NCBI GenBank assembly: GCA_963674825.1 | Contig: OY771587.1 | Span: 1,536,001-1,600,000, forward strand | Reading direction: 5' to 3' | Source of the DNA: Candidatus Cloacimonadales bacterium | GTDB lineage: Bacteria > Cloacimonadota > Cloacimonadia > Cloacimonadales > JAIOQZ01 | DNA: 64,000 nucleotides | In this document: positions 48,009 to 59,907 of the stretch, piece by piece | How the letters are laid out: every line of letters begins with the position of its first letter | Numbering within the stretch: the first letter of the stretch is position 1 | The notes under the pieces: model-generated | What the model saw: the letters and a program-made list of their open reading frames with translations, nothing else | Told to the model about the DNA's origin: nothing | Database searches by the model: none | Made by a program: the position numbers and the translations under genes

Positions 48009-49424
48009 ATGAATAAAGAAAGAGCTACCAAACTCAAATACTCACGCAAGAATTTCTGGGAAGATGCAGGTGAGCAGGAACGTAAAGGCGCATTCGATTA
48101 CAATCGTGGCTACAAAGAATTCCTGAACTACTGCAAGACAACCCGCGAGACCGTCCTTTTCGCAGAGAACGTGCTTCGAGAAAACGGATTCAAGGATATC
48201 TACAACTCGAAATCAGCCAAGATGATCTATGGTGTATCGAAAGAGAAAAACATCATCGCTGTGAAATTCGGAAAGAAAAAAGTCTCCGAAGGTATCAACA
48301 TCGTGGCGGCCCACGTGGATACACCGCACATCGACCTTAAACAATGCCCGGTCTATGAAGACGGCGCAAGCGGTTTCGGCATGCTTCGTACGCACTACTA
48401 TGGTGGAATCAAGAAATACCAGTGGCTTTCCACTCCACTCGCACTTCATGGCGTGGTCATTACTGCAGACGGCGAGAAAGTCCGTATATCGATCGGTGAA
48501 GACGAAAGCGATCCGGTATTCGTAATGCCCGATCTACTTCCGCACCTGGCAGCCAACGAGCAATACAGCAAGAAGATCGGTGACGCAGTCGATGCATCCC
48601 GCCTCAACGTTGTTTTCAATTCCATTCCGTTCATTGCGGAAGACGATGAAGATTCCGTCAAAGAAGCTGTGAAACTCCAGGCACTGGTTATGCTCAACGA
48701 AAAATACGGAATTACCGAAGAAGATCTCATCTCCGCCGAGCTCGAGTTGGTTCCTGCCGGAAAGGCTCGCGATTGCGGTCTGGATGGAAGCCTCGTCCTC
48801 GCATACGGACAGGACGACCGTGTTTGCTCCTATACTTCACTTACTGCACTGCTCGACGCTCAGGATCCCGATCACACCGCGATGGTTTACCTCGTCGATA
48901 AAGAAGAAATCGGCAATGTGGGTAACACCGGTGCAGATTCGATCTACCTGCTCGATTTCATCTCCGACCTGCTGGTCTATGCCGGCGAGAAGGGCGACAG
49001 CATCACGCTGCGCAAGACCCTCATCAACAGCCGGTTCCTCTCCGCGGACGTCAATGCCGCCATCAACCCTAATTTCCCCAATGTACTCGAACACGATAAC
49101 GCAGTCCACATCGGTAATGGTGTAGGGCTTGCAAAATATACCGGCGCTCGCGGAAAATCGGGCACCAACGATGCCAACGCAGAATTCGTCGCACAGGTCA
49201 CCCGACTGTTAAACCAGGAAAAGGTCTTCTGGCAGACAGGCGAGCTTGGTAAGGTGGATGAAGGCGGTGGCGGAACCATCGCGCGGAAGCTCGCCGACTA
49301 CGGCTCCGAAGTCCTCGACTGCGGCCCCGGCGTGCTGGGTATGCATTCGCTGTACGAACTGACAAGCAAGGCGGATGTCTATTCAACCTACCGCGCATAC
49401 AAGGTATTCTACGAGAAGGCTTGA
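48009..49424 (+). CDS. M18 family aminopeptidase
   Basis: AHVDTP, HYYGGIKKYQW, YGQDDR, DKEEIG, SADV and GMHS motifs. Confidence 0.93.
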   Translation: MNKERATKLKYSRKNFWEDAGEQERKGAFDYNRGYKEFLNYCKTTRETVLFAENVLRENGFKDIYNSKSAKMIYGVSKEKNIIAVKFGKKKVSEGINIVAAHVDTPHIDLKQCPVYEDGASGFGMLRTHYYGGIKKYQWLSTPLALHGVVITADGEKVRISIGEDESDPVFVMPDLLPHLAANEQYSKKIGDAVDASRLNVVFNSIPFIAEDDEDSVKEAVKLQALVMLNEKYGITEEDLISAELELVPAGKARDCGLDGSLVLAYGQDDRVCSYTSLTALLDAQDPDHTAMVYLVDKEEIGNVGNTGADSIYLLDFISDLLVYAGEKGDSITLRKTLINSRFLSADVNAAINPNFPNVLEHDNAVHIGNGVGLAKYTGARGKSGTNDANAEFVAQVTRLLNQEKVFWQTGELGKVDEGGGGTIARKLADYGSEVLDCGPGVLGMHSLYELTSKADVYSTYRAYKVFYEKA

Positions 49425-49425
49425 T

Positions 49426-50208
49426 GTGAAAAACGCACGCTTTGCGATCCTTTTGCTCCTGGTGATCATTGTCACCGGGTGTTCTCAATCGGCAATCCTC
49501 GAAAAACGGGTGGCCGATACTGAAAAGCGTCTGGAAAACCTTGGGATCGATGTCAGTGATAACACGATGAAAATCGATAAGCTGAATCAACCCAGCGCTC
49601 AGACCGCGTCCAAACCCGAGGCGGAAATCCGCCCAGATGAGGTGGGACGTTTGAAGGATCGCATTGAGCGGTTGGAGCGACAGATCGTCGATCTCCAACG
49701 CGAGATTCGCACCATGAAATCACAGGAAGAGGACGCCTATACAAAGTTCTCGAAAACCGAGCCCGAGCCGAAACAGGAACTTCCCACACCTGCGCAGCAA
49801 ACTCAGACTGTGAAAAGGGAAGAACCCGTAGTACCACAAGTTGAGAAGATGTACCAGGCGGCTCGCGAGCTCTACCTCAAGCGGAAGTATGACGCCGCGA
49901 TACTGAGCTTCCAGCAGCTTATCGGCGAATATCCCTCGCACGATCTCGCTGCCAACGCGCAGTATTGGATTGGCGAGTGTTACTACGACCGCGATTCCTT
50001 TATCAAAGCGATCGATGAATTCCAGAAAGTGATTGATTTCTACCCCACTTCGAAGAAAGCGCCCGACGCCCAGCTCAAGGTGGGTCTCTGCTATCAGCAG
50101 CTTGGTAAGAAGGAACAAGCTCGCCTGGAGATCCAGCGGATCGAGAAGATGTATCCTAATTACGAGCGTAAGCAGTTGATCAAGAAAATACTCGAGGATA
50201 TGGAATGA
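49426..50208 (+). CDS. cpoB: Tol-Pal-associated coiled-coil/TPR protein YbgF/CpoB
   Basis: Lipobox VTGC; coiled coil; ANAQYWIGECYY and KAPDAQLKVG motifs. Confidence 0.8.
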   Translation: MKNARFAILLLLVIIVTGCSQSAILEKRVADTEKRLENLGIDVSDNTMKIDKLNQPSAQTASKPEAEIRPDEVGRLKDRIERLERQIVDLQREIRTMKSQEEDAYTKFSKTEPEPKQELPTPAQQTQTVKREEPVVPQVEKMYQAARELYLKRKYDAAILSFQQLIGEYPSHDLAANAQYWIGECYYDRDSFIKAIDEFQKVIDFYPTSKKAPDAQLKVGLCYQQLGKKEQARLEIQRIEKMYPNYERKQLIKKILEDME

Positions 50209-50708
50209 AGAGATTCGGCGTAATTCTCGCATTGCTTCTGCTCAGCACATTGCTTTCAGCCAAACCTGTCGATGTCGATGACAGCGGTGCAATCGCTGCA
50301 CGCCTGGTGGAGGTTCTTGATATCACCATTCAGGACGGCTATCCGGTCTATCTCGATATCGATGCCGGGCCTTATACCGACTCGATTTACGAACGAATGG
50401 TGAAGCACTTGATGCAATCTGGCGTTACGATATTGAATCGTGCTTCAGACGAATGTCTGGTGCTTATGATTCGCCATACCGGGTTCGATTTCTCGGATGA
50501 TGAAGAGAAAGACACTGACCGGATGAAGTTTCTCGTGGAACTCTCAAGCAACCAGACTGGCGAGATCTTCTCCATTTCCGAAGTCTCGTTCGAGGTGGAA
50601 AACGCCCTGAGTGAGGAAGAAGCTGCCGGTATTCACTGGTACGATCCGATCATTATCACCACCATCGTCGGTGGGCTAATCTATGTATTTTACTATGGAA
50701 ATCAATAG
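50205..50708 (+). CDS. Hypothetical exported protein with C-terminal hydrophobic helix
   Basis: Signal peptide; terminal WYDPIIITTIVGGLIYVFY. Confidence 0.7.
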   Translation: MKRFGVILALLLLSTLLSAKPVDVDDSGAIAARLVEVLDITIQDGYPVYLDIDAGPYTDSIYERMVKHLMQSGVTILNRASDECLVLMIRHTGFDFSDDEEKDTDRMKFLVELSSNQTGEIFSISEVSFEVENALSEEEAAGIHWYDPIIITTIVGGLIYVFYYGNQ

Positions 50709-50716
50709 GACAAAGA

Positions 50717-51502
50717 ATGCGTATATCTAAATTGGAATCAAACAGATACTCGATACTTACAGGATATCTGCTTCTCATCGTCATCATCGCAGGCTTCATG
50801 GCCGGTTGCAGCAACGCGGACAAAATCGCTCGTCTGCCTGTCGAAGAAAAAATGCGCCTCGGTGACGAAGAATATGCGGACGAAGATTGGGCCGATGCCA
50901 TCGACTATTACAAGTCGGTTGTGTTCGAACGCAATGCCGCCTTCACTCCGGAAGCGCAGCTCAAGCTCGCGAACTGCTATTTCTTCCAGGACAACTACAC
51001 CGACGCACGTTTCGAATACGAAGAACTGATCCGCCTTTTCCCCGACTTTCGGGATCTGGAAACGGCGTTCTTCAATATCGGGGTGTGCTACTATCAGGAA
51101 TCTCTTCCGGCACAATACACGCAGGAAGAGACAGAAAGCGCAATCGAAGCCTTCGAAGTCTTTCTGGAGAAATACCCCTTCAGCAGTCGTCACGACGAAG
51201 CCCAGGAATACATCGATATGTGCACTGACAAGCTGTGGGAAAAGACCTACTATAACGGCTATATCTATTACATGATGTACGACTACAGCGCAGCAATCAT
51301 GTACCTGGACGAAGTAACCGCTGTGGGCAAGCACAACGATTTTGATCGCAAGGCATGGTATTACAAAGCAAAGATGTACCTCAAACGTGAAGATAAGATC
51401 AATTCGCGGAAAGCGGTCGGCAAATTGGTAGAACGCTACCCCGAATCGTCGGAAGCTCGTCGGATGCAGAAGAAGCTCGATCGACTTCTGGCAAAGGATT
51501 AG
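50717..51502 (+). CDS. bamD: Outer membrane assembly lipoprotein BamD
   Basis: Lipobox MAGC; TPRs; YTQEET..AIEAF..FLEKYP motif. Confidence 0.85.
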   Translation: MRISKLESNRYSILTGYLLLIVIIAGFMAGCSNADKIARLPVEEKMRLGDEEYADEDWADAIDYYKSVVFERNAAFTPEAQLKLANCYFFQDNYTDARFEYEELIRLFPDFRDLETAFFNIGVCYYQESLPAQYTQEETESAIEAFEVFLEKYPFSSRHDEAQEYIDMCTDKLWEKTYYNGYIYYMMYDYSAAIMYLDEVTAVGKHNDFDRKAWYYKAKMYLKREDKINSRKAVGKLVERYPESSEARRMQKKLDRLLAKD

Positions 51503-51515
51503 CGACACGAGTAAG

Positions 51516-52124
51516 ATGATGTTTCACTCAGAGAAATCCGGGAATTGCAAGCTTGGCTTTCTTGGCGGAACATTCAATCCTATCCACAACGGCCACATAT
51601 TGGCAGCCCTGAACGCAATCGAGCGATTAAAGCTTGATAAGGTTATCTTCTTACCCAACAGCACACCACCCCACAAGGCAGACGATGAATTGCTCCCCTT
51701 CGCGGTGCGCTACAAGCTTATTCAAGAATCCATCCGTCAATACCCGAACCTCGAAGTCAGCGCCCTGGATAACACCGAGGATGAGAAGAGCTACACATGG
51801 CATCTTGTCCAAAGGCTCCGCGTAAGCTATCCCGAAGCCGATTTTGTTTTTATCATTGGTGCAGACAATATTCGTAAGCTGAAGACGTGGTATGAGTTCG
51901 AGAAGCTTCTCGATGAGATTACCTTCGCGGTGGTCACTCGCAATACGGATGATCCCGTCGACGATAAACCCGACTATTACGACCGCCTGATCCTGCTTCC
52001 TATGCAACCAGTTGATATTTCCTCTACTGATATTAGAAATCGTTTGCGCGATGGAGTGGATATATCCGAATTGGTACCGAAGCCTGTTTGGGAATATTAT
52101 CGTTCCCTCTTATCAAAGAGGTGA
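51516..52124 (+). CDS. nadD: Nicotinate-nucleotide adenylyltransferase
   Basis: GGTFNPIHNGH, PPHK, IIGAD and ISSTDIR motifs. Confidence 0.95.
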   Translation: MMFHSEKSGNCKLGFLGGTFNPIHNGHILAALNAIERLKLDKVIFLPNSTPPHKADDELLPFAVRYKLIQESIRQYPNLEVSALDNTEDEKSYTWHLVQRLRVSYPEADFVFIIGADNIRKLKTWYEFEKLLDEITFAVVTRNTDDPVDDKPDYYDRLILLPMQPVDISSTDIRNRLRDGVDISELVPKPVWEYYRSLLSKR

Positions 52125-52132
52125 AGATAACC

Positions 52133-53200
52133 ATGAACAAGAAACGCGACAAGAAGAAATTTTCACGGCAGAATATCCGACTCAGGAATATGGCTGCGGA
52201 CGATCTGGAAGCCTTCTACACGGAGGAAATCCACGAAGAGAAGCGTGCCAGCAAGAAATCTCCTGATAAGGGGCAGCATACGCTGAAATCGGATGTAAAG
52301 CTGGAAAAAGCCCGGATTCTCGAAGTGCAGTCAAACCACATCGCGATTGTCGAGCTTGACGGAAAACCGTTGTCGTGTACTGTCAGTGGCAGGCTAAAAA
52401 ATCTGAATTTCGAGACGCGCAGCCTTGTCTTCGCCGGTGACTGGGTTCATATCGACCGCACCAACGACGACCCGCGCATCGAGGAGATTCTCCCGCGCGA
52501 AAACTCGCTGTCGCGCTTCTCCGAAGATGGTTTCCAGAAAGAGATTGTCGTGGCCGCCAATATCGATCAGGTAGTGATTACCTGTTCCTGGACGCAGCCT
52601 GAATTGCGACTTGGCCTCCTGGATCGCTATCTTTGCAGCGCGGAAATCGCGGAGATCGACGCGGTGATCTGCGTAAACAAGGTCGATCTGGCGGAATCGC
52701 TTGACGAAGTAAACGATGCGTTCGATTACTATATCCGTAGTGGTTATCCGGTATGCCTTACATCCGCTGCAACCGGCCTGGGTATCGACGATCTGCGCAG
52801 CATGCTCATCGGCAAGCAGACGGTGTTCTCTGGTCATTCGGGCGTGGGCAAGACTTCCCTGATCAACCTGCTGCATCCCGAGCATGACGCGGAGGTATCG
52901 CATATCAGCGAATCGACCGGCAAAGGACGCCATACGACCACCCGGACCAGCCTGATCCCTTTTACATTCGGCGGCTATCTCGTCGATACACCAGGGATCA
53001 AGACATTCGGTCTGCATCGTGGCGATCAGGCTGCTTTACCGCTCGTGTTTCCCGGATTTGCACGCTATGCCGCGGCCTGCAAGTTCAACGACTGTACACA
53101 CACCCACGAGGTAGATTGCGGCGTCAAAAACGCGTTTGAAAAGGGAGAGATCCCCGAAGAGCGCTATGAATCGTACCTGAGAATCATGGAATCATTATGA
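52133..53200 (+). CDS. rsgA: Ribosome small subunit-dependent GTPase A
   Basis: NKVD, GHSGVGKTS, GRHTTT, DTPG and CKFNDCTHTHEVDC motifs. Confidence 0.96.
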   Translation: MNKKRDKKKFSRQNIRLRNMAADDLEAFYTEEIHEEKRASKKSPDKGQHTLKSDVKLEKARILEVQSNHIAIVELDGKPLSCTVSGRLKNLNFETRSLVFAGDWVHIDRTNDDPRIEEILPRENSLSRFSEDGFQKEIVVAANIDQVVITCSWTQPELRLGLLDRYLCSAEIAEIDAVICVNKVDLAESLDEVNDAFDYYIRSGYPVCLTSAATGLGIDDLRSMLIGKQTVFSGHSGVGKTSLINLLHPEHDAEVSHISESTGKGRHTTTRTSLIPFTFGGYLVDTPGIKTFGLHRGDQAALPLVFPGFARYAAACKFNDCTHTHEVDCGVKNAFEKGEIPEERYESYLRIMESL

Positions 53201-54060
53201 AAAAACGTGTTTGTATCTATTTGAATCCTTATTATACAAAACCGACGTGCATCATCGATGTGCTCAGAGAGCTGACTGATACTGCCCCCATCGAACTATA
53301 CGGGCTGAAAGAACAGAAAGATCTGCTCCCCGATTTCGTCACCACCATCACCGAAAAGGACGCGAAAAAGGTGCAGCTCGATTGGATCTTTGTGTTCGGT
53401 GGCGATGGCACCATTCTGCGTTCGGTCAATTTCTCCATCGCGACCGATACGCCGATTCTGGGTATCAACCTCGGCAGACTCGGTTTCCTTTCCGACGTCT
53501 CCCTCAGCGAACTCAAGAAATCGGTCATCCGATTGATGGAAGGTAAGTACACCATCCAGGAGAGGATGCTACTCCGGGCTATGGTACGTCGGGATGGCGC
53601 TTGCATCCATCGTGGTACGGCGCTCAATGATGTGATTGTGCACAAGGGCAAGATTCCCACATTGATCGACGTTCGGCTCAAGGTAAACCGCCGGTTCGTC
53701 CTGGAAGCTCGCTGCGACGGCATGATCGCCGCAAGCCCCACTGGATCGACCGCTTATTCGCTTTCAGCAGGTGGCCCTATTCTTTCACCGGTTATGGAAG
53801 CGATCGTGGTTGCTCCCCTGAATCCGCATGTGCTCTCTGTCAGGCCCATGCTGTTCGAGGCAAATGACAGCGTAACATTCCAGCTGTCCCGCACGCACGG
53901 TGAAAGCATGTTGCAACTCGACGGGCAGAACGTACTTGTTCTTCATAACAACGACGAAATTATGATCAGCAGGGCGGCGAAGAAAGTTCGCTTTGTGAAG
54001 CTATCGAATAAAACGTTCTATCAGATCCTGCGCAAGAAAATGCATATGGGCAGGATATGA
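53197..54060 (+). CDS. nadK: NAD kinase
   Basis: GGDGT, GINLGRLGFL, LND and SPTGSTAYSLSAGG motifs. Confidence 0.96.
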   Translation: MKKRVCIYLNPYYTKPTCIIDVLRELTDTAPIELYGLKEQKDLLPDFVTTITEKDAKKVQLDWIFVFGGDGTILRSVNFSIATDTPILGINLGRLGFLSDVSLSELKKSVIRLMEGKYTIQERMLLRAMVRRDGACIHRGTALNDVIVHKGKIPTLIDVRLKVNRRFVLEARCDGMIAASPTGSTAYSLSAGGPILSPVMEAIVVAPLNPHVLSVRPMLFEANDSVTFQLSRTHGESMLQLDGQNVLVLHNNDEIMISRAAKKVRFVKLSNKTFYQILRKKMHMGRI

Positions 54061-54094
54061 TCGAGATATTGGACTCTACGTGTAAGAGGACGGC

Positions 54095-55774
54095 ATGATC
54101 AAATCATTGCGTATCAAAAACTTCGTACTGGTTCGGGACATGGAACTGCGCTTCGATACAGGGCTTCATGTACTCACCGGTGAGACCGGCGCTGGTAAAT
54201 CGGTTATCGCCGGTGCGATAGCCGTCATCATGGGCTCCCCCGTTCGCGCCGATATGCTCTACGACCCAGAGCAACCTGCATGGCTGGAAGCGACGTTCGA
54301 GCCCGATCCAAACGATACGGAACTCAGCGAGCTGATCAAGAAGCACGATCTCGAGCTCTCCGATGGCGAGATATTCTTCGGCAAAGAGATTTCCACCAAG
54401 CGTTCCGGCAAAAGCTTCATCAATGGCAGGCGCGTCACTGCATCAATAATCCGCGAGTTCCACGACTGCCTCATCGACTACAGCCGCCAAAGCGATCAAT
54501 CATTGCTGTTCGATACCCGTCACCAGCTCGATGTTCTCGATCGATTCGGCGAACTTATTCCCATGCGAAATTCGTATCAGGAGATCTATCGTTCAAACCA
54601 GCGCATCGAGAAAGAGCTCGATCGCATGCTGAACGAGGAGAAGCTTCAACGCGAGCGCATCGCACTCTACCGCTATCAGATCGAAGAACTGGAACAACTC
54701 GGACTTACAGAAGGTGAAGACGAGAAGCTCGAAGCAGAGCTCAACATGCTGCTACACACTGAAGAGATCGAGCGTATCTCCAATGAGATCGAGCAGGAGG
54801 TTTTCGAGACAGAAAACTCGGTGTTCGACCGCATACAATTTTATATAAAAGACCTAACCGATTTCGAGAACGATAACACCGGGATTCGCAACGCCAATAT
54901 CGCGCTTCGTGATGCGCTGGCAAACCTCGATGCCGCTGTGCAAGAGATGCGACAAGTCCGGGATTCGCTGGAAACAGATCCTGGAAGGCTCTCCGATGTG
55001 GAAGATCGCATAAACCAGATTAACCGCATCAAGCAGAAATATCATTGCGATTTGCTGGGAATTTTCGATTATCATGAGAAAATTCGACGTGAAATAAACA
55101 GCTACACGACCCACACCGACGGGATTGAGAAGCTGAAGAAAGAACTCGAGGCTAGCCTTAAAGAACGGAACAAGCAGGCCCTGGCCCTTTCAAAAGCGAG
55201 AAAGGCATGTGCGGAAGATTTCAGTCGCCAGCTCGAGAAGGATCTGAAACGCCTGGCTATTCCGGAAGCGACTTTCCGCGTCGATTTCCTGGAGCAGGAC
55301 GGACATTTCACCGATACCGGCATCGACCAGGTGGAATACCTGTTTTCAGCAAACCGCGGTGTAAAGCCGAACCCATTGCGACAGGTTGCATCCGGAGGCG
55401 AACTTTCACGCGTACATCTCACCATCATGAAGATTCTTGCAGAAAAGGATGTGGGTAAAACCATCATCTTTGACGAAGTCGATACGGGCATTGGTGGAAA
55501 AACAGGTGATGTGCTGGGAGAGTACATTAGAAACATCAGCGATTACCATCAGATAATCTGTATAACACACCTTCCTCAGGTGGCTTCATACGCAAAAAAC
55601 CATCTGGCAATCGAAAAAGTTGTTGACTCTGAACATACAGAGATCCAAATAAGAGATTTAGATGAAGTGGGCAGTATAAGGGAAATAGCGCGCATGCTGT
55701 CCGGCGATCAAAGTACCCTGGCGCTTGAACATGCGAAAGAATTACGAAGAAAAAATAAAGAGAGGAAAGGATGA
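54095..55774 (+). CDS. recN: DNA repair protein RecN
   Basis: TGETGAGKS, ASGGELSR, FDEVDTG and ITHLPQVA motifs. Confidence 0.96.
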   Translation: MIKSLRIKNFVLVRDMELRFDTGLHVLTGETGAGKSVIAGAIAVIMGSPVRADMLYDPEQPAWLEATFEPDPNDTELSELIKKHDLELSDGEIFFGKEISTKRSGKSFINGRRVTASIIREFHDCLIDYSRQSDQSLLFDTRHQLDVLDRFGELIPMRNSYQEIYRSNQRIEKELDRMLNEEKLQRERIALYRYQIEELEQLGLTEGEDEKLEAELNMLLHTEEIERISNEIEQEVFETENSVFDRIQFYIKDLTDFENDNTGIRNANIALRDALANLDAAVQEMRQVRDSLETDPGRLSDVEDRINQINRIKQKYHCDLLGIFDYHEKIRREINSYTTHTDGIEKLKKELEASLKERNKQALALSKARKACAEDFSRQLEKDLKRLAIPEATFRVDFLEQDGHFTDTGIDQVEYLFSANRGVKPNPLRQVASGGELSRVHLTIMKILAEKDVGKTIIFDEVDTGIGGKTGDVLGEYIRNISDYHQIICITHLPQVASYAKNHLAIEKVVDSEHTEIQIRDLDEVGSIREIARMLSGDQSTLALEHAKELRRKNKERKG

Positions 55775-56682
55775 TCAGTTTACGACGTAAATACAAAATG
55801 TATATCGTGATCGGTATCGTTTTACTATCTATTTTTATTGCTTTAAGATTTTCTAATGTTATGGATGTGTTCGGTAAAAAGGAAATCACTAATTTCAGCA
55901 AACTGGATGCCACAAAAGACTTCGAAATGAAGGAAAACTTCAAGAAGGTTCAGATTTCCTACACTGTAAAGAACTACGAAGAGTTCAGCAAACTGATGAA
56001 CGAACTCAAAAGCGAATTCGACATCGAAGAAGAGTACTACGACGACGAAAGAGGGAAATACAGCGTTTCTATCCTGAATTTCCCGGATTCAGTATCAACG
56101 GATGTTATTGCACGTTTACGTGCGATGCCGGGTAGCCGGGATTACCAGATTGAAACCCGTAAAACTCCTCCGCCACTCAACATCGAAGATCATAAGATGA
56201 ACTACGAATTTCTCAAAGAACGTCTTCAACGTAGCATGGAAATGACTACTACCGCGGACAACCTATCCCGCCTCGAAGGCAGAATGGCTAAGGTTCAGGC
56301 ATCAATTGACAGCTTGAACATGGTGGAAGAACGCTACCAGACCAACAAGGGAACCGCAACGGTTCTGATCAAAGCTCTGATCACGGAATCATCCGGTTCC
56401 AGCGTCATTCAGAAAGTTCTTTCCTTTGTAAAGAACTTCATCCTTTCGTTCATCTTCCTCACCGTGCTGTTCTTCTTGATCTACTTCGGTCTGTCTGTCA
56501 TCCTGCGCCTGATGTCCTACTTCGGAATCCGGACAACACGTTCCGGCGGATCCGGTGGCTACAACTACTACAGCAAGAAGGGCTACGGAAGCTATGGCGG
56601 ATACGGCGGTTATGGCAGCTACGGTAGAAAGCGCAAAGTCAAACGTATCTACAAGAACAAAGACGAAGATTCGAAAGAATAG
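55771..56682 (+). CDS. DUF4349-like membrane protein with Gly/Tyr-rich basic tail
   Basis: N-terminal TM; coiled coil LSRLEGRMAKVQASIDSL; C-terminal TM; GYGSYGGYGGYGSYG-RKRK. Confidence 0.6.
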   Translation: MISLRRKYKMYIVIGIVLLSIFIALRFSNVMDVFGKKEITNFSKLDATKDFEMKENFKKVQISYTVKNYEEFSKLMNELKSEFDIEEEYYDDERGKYSVSILNFPDSVSTDVIARLRAMPGSRDYQIETRKTPPPLNIEDHKMNYEFLKERLQRSMEMTTTADNLSRLEGRMAKVQASIDSLNMVEERYQTNKGTATVLIKALITESSGSSVIQKVLSFVKNFILSFIFLTVLFFLIYFGLSVILRLMSYFGIRTTRSGGSGGYNYYSKKGYGSYGGYGGYGSYGRKRKVKRIYKNKDEDSKE

Positions 56683-56690
56683 GTGAGCAA

Positions 56691-58233
<1,543 letters not shown>

Positions 58234-58261
58234 TCATCTCGATTCGAGATAGATATAATTC

Positions 58262-58308
58262 AGCTCTCATTCCCGATACTGATGGTTTCGGGGTGAGAGC
58301 TTTTTTTT
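58262..58308 (+). terminator. Intrinsic terminator after eno
   Basis: AGCTCTCATTCCCGA...TCGGGGTGAGAGCT followed by a T-run. Confidence 0.8.
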
Positions 58309-58422
58309 GATTGGAATTTGCCTTTGTCACGGTAGCTGATAATACATATATTATCTTTACACCAATGTACTCTACCGGGAAACTGGTTTTGTGCATGCCA
58401 TAATATTTTGGAGCGGTAAAAC

Positions 58423-59907
58423 ATGATTCTACTTGGAGATAAACGAACAAAAGCATTAAAGGTATTGCGACGTATCATCGTAAAGCCGCATCGAATCGAG
58501 CTGAGAATCGTTGATTATAGAGTCTCCTCTTACCTCATGTCGCTCGATAACGACTCGATTTTAGTCTCAGAGTTCGAACCGAAGATGTATAATAATTTGC
58601 TGGAGCACTTTTCAGAATTCACCATGTACCTTTCCGAGCTTATCGGCTTCGAACGTCTTGATCATACCTTTAAGACCGAGCTGATTGAAGAAACGACCTT
58701 CAAGGGCACCAAAGCTTATCGGCTCTCCGTACCGGAACTCATTGAAACGAAATCGTCCCCGTATGTCGTGAAGCCACAGCTTTCCGATAATGTCGCCATC
58801 CGCTTCCGACTCAAAGAAATGCCGCAGTTCAGAAGGGTGGAAGAGATCACCGAGGATAAACTGATTATCACCGGCAGCTACAGTCATTTCAAAGCGGAAT
58901 TTGGCAAAGAAATCACCGGCATGGAGCTCAAGCTGCCCTTCGAGCGTGTCCTTTTTACAGCAGTGTTCAATCCTCTTGGCAACGATAAATACTGTTTTCA
59001 AGAGCACATGAACGATACCGAAGTCCGAAGCCTGTTGTTCCGATATGCCGAGATGGATTTCGCGGATCGAAACAACCTGTCTCATTTCGACGTCCACAAA
59101 AAGAGCGAAGGAGACCAGGACGGCAAAGGCCAGGGACGCGATCGTAAACTTGTCCTTCTGGTTGACGACAAGCCTGTTGTAACCGAGATTGTGCGTCAGA
59201 TGCTGGAAACGAAGACCAGCTACGACGTGATCGTTACCAATGATAGCACCAAGACCATGGAGCTGGTTATCGAGCATGAACCGGACGCAATCCTTCTTGA
59301 CCAGAAGATGCCCGAAATGAGTGGCCTCGAAGTAGCGCAACTGCTCAAAGAACGCCGAATAACATCGCAAATTCCCATCATCTTCATGACCGCGTTCAAC
59401 GACATGAAAATGTTCAACGAAGCTGCGGAGATAGGTATTGCTGGATACCTGCTCAAGCCGATCGATTCCAAGAAACTCATCGCGATGCTGGACAAGGTGA
59501 TGAAATCAGCACCCAAGAAAAGCATAAACCTAGCAAATTCGGCGATCTATGTATGTTCCGACGACGAGGGCTTCAGCCGCGAACTGCAAACCTCACTTCA
59601 TGATCGAGAGATCGAAGCCCGTTGCTTCCGTAATATGGAAGATATGATCCGTGATCGCATCGATACCCCCGTCAGCACGATCATTATCCGGATGATGGGG
59701 CACGGAGGTATGTCACTATCGATCGTCAATACGACGAGAAGACGGGAGTCGCTTAAAAATGCCCATATCGTCGTGTACCCGCAGACCGAATCAGAGCAGA
59801 AACTACTCGCTGCCCTCAAAGACGACCGGTTAATTACGCTCAATCATTCGATTTCTGCCGGGAAACTCGGCGCAAATCTGGAAAAATACCTGGGAGTTAC
59901 ATCATGA
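58423..59907 (+). CDS. Response regulator: degenerate PilZN/PilZ-like N-terminus, intact REC domain, second degenerate REC-like domain
   Basis: LVDD, LLDQKMPEMSG, FMTA and LLKP motifs in the central domain. Confidence 0.8.
   Translation: MILLGDKRTKALKVLRRIIVKPHRIELRIVDYRVSSYLMSLDNDSILVSEFEPKMYNNLLEHFSEFTMYLSELIGFERLDHTFKTELIEETTFKGTKAYRLSVPELIETKSSPYVVKPQLSDNVAIRFRLKEMPQFRRVEEITEDKLIITGSYSHFKAEFGKEITGMELKLPFERVLFTAVFNPLGNDKYCFQEHMNDTEVRSLLFRYAEMDFADRNNLSHFDVHKKSEGDQDGKGQGRDRKLVLLVDDKPVVTEIVRQMLETKTSYDVIVTNDSTKTMELVIEHEPDAILLDQKMPEMSGLEVAQLLKERRITSQIPIIFMTAFNDMKMFNEAAEIGIAGYLLKPIDSKKLIAMLDKVMKSAPKKSINLANSAIYVCSDDEGFSRELQTSLHDREIEARCFRNMEDMIRDRIDTPVSTIIIRMMGHGGMSLSIVNTTRRRESLKNAHIVVYPQTESEQKLLAALKDDRLITLNHSISAGKLGANLEKYLGVTS

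Noticed and set aside
58384..58398. GG-N10-GC sigma54-like site before the response regulator
   Set aside because: Poor flanking consensus, and too close to the RBS.
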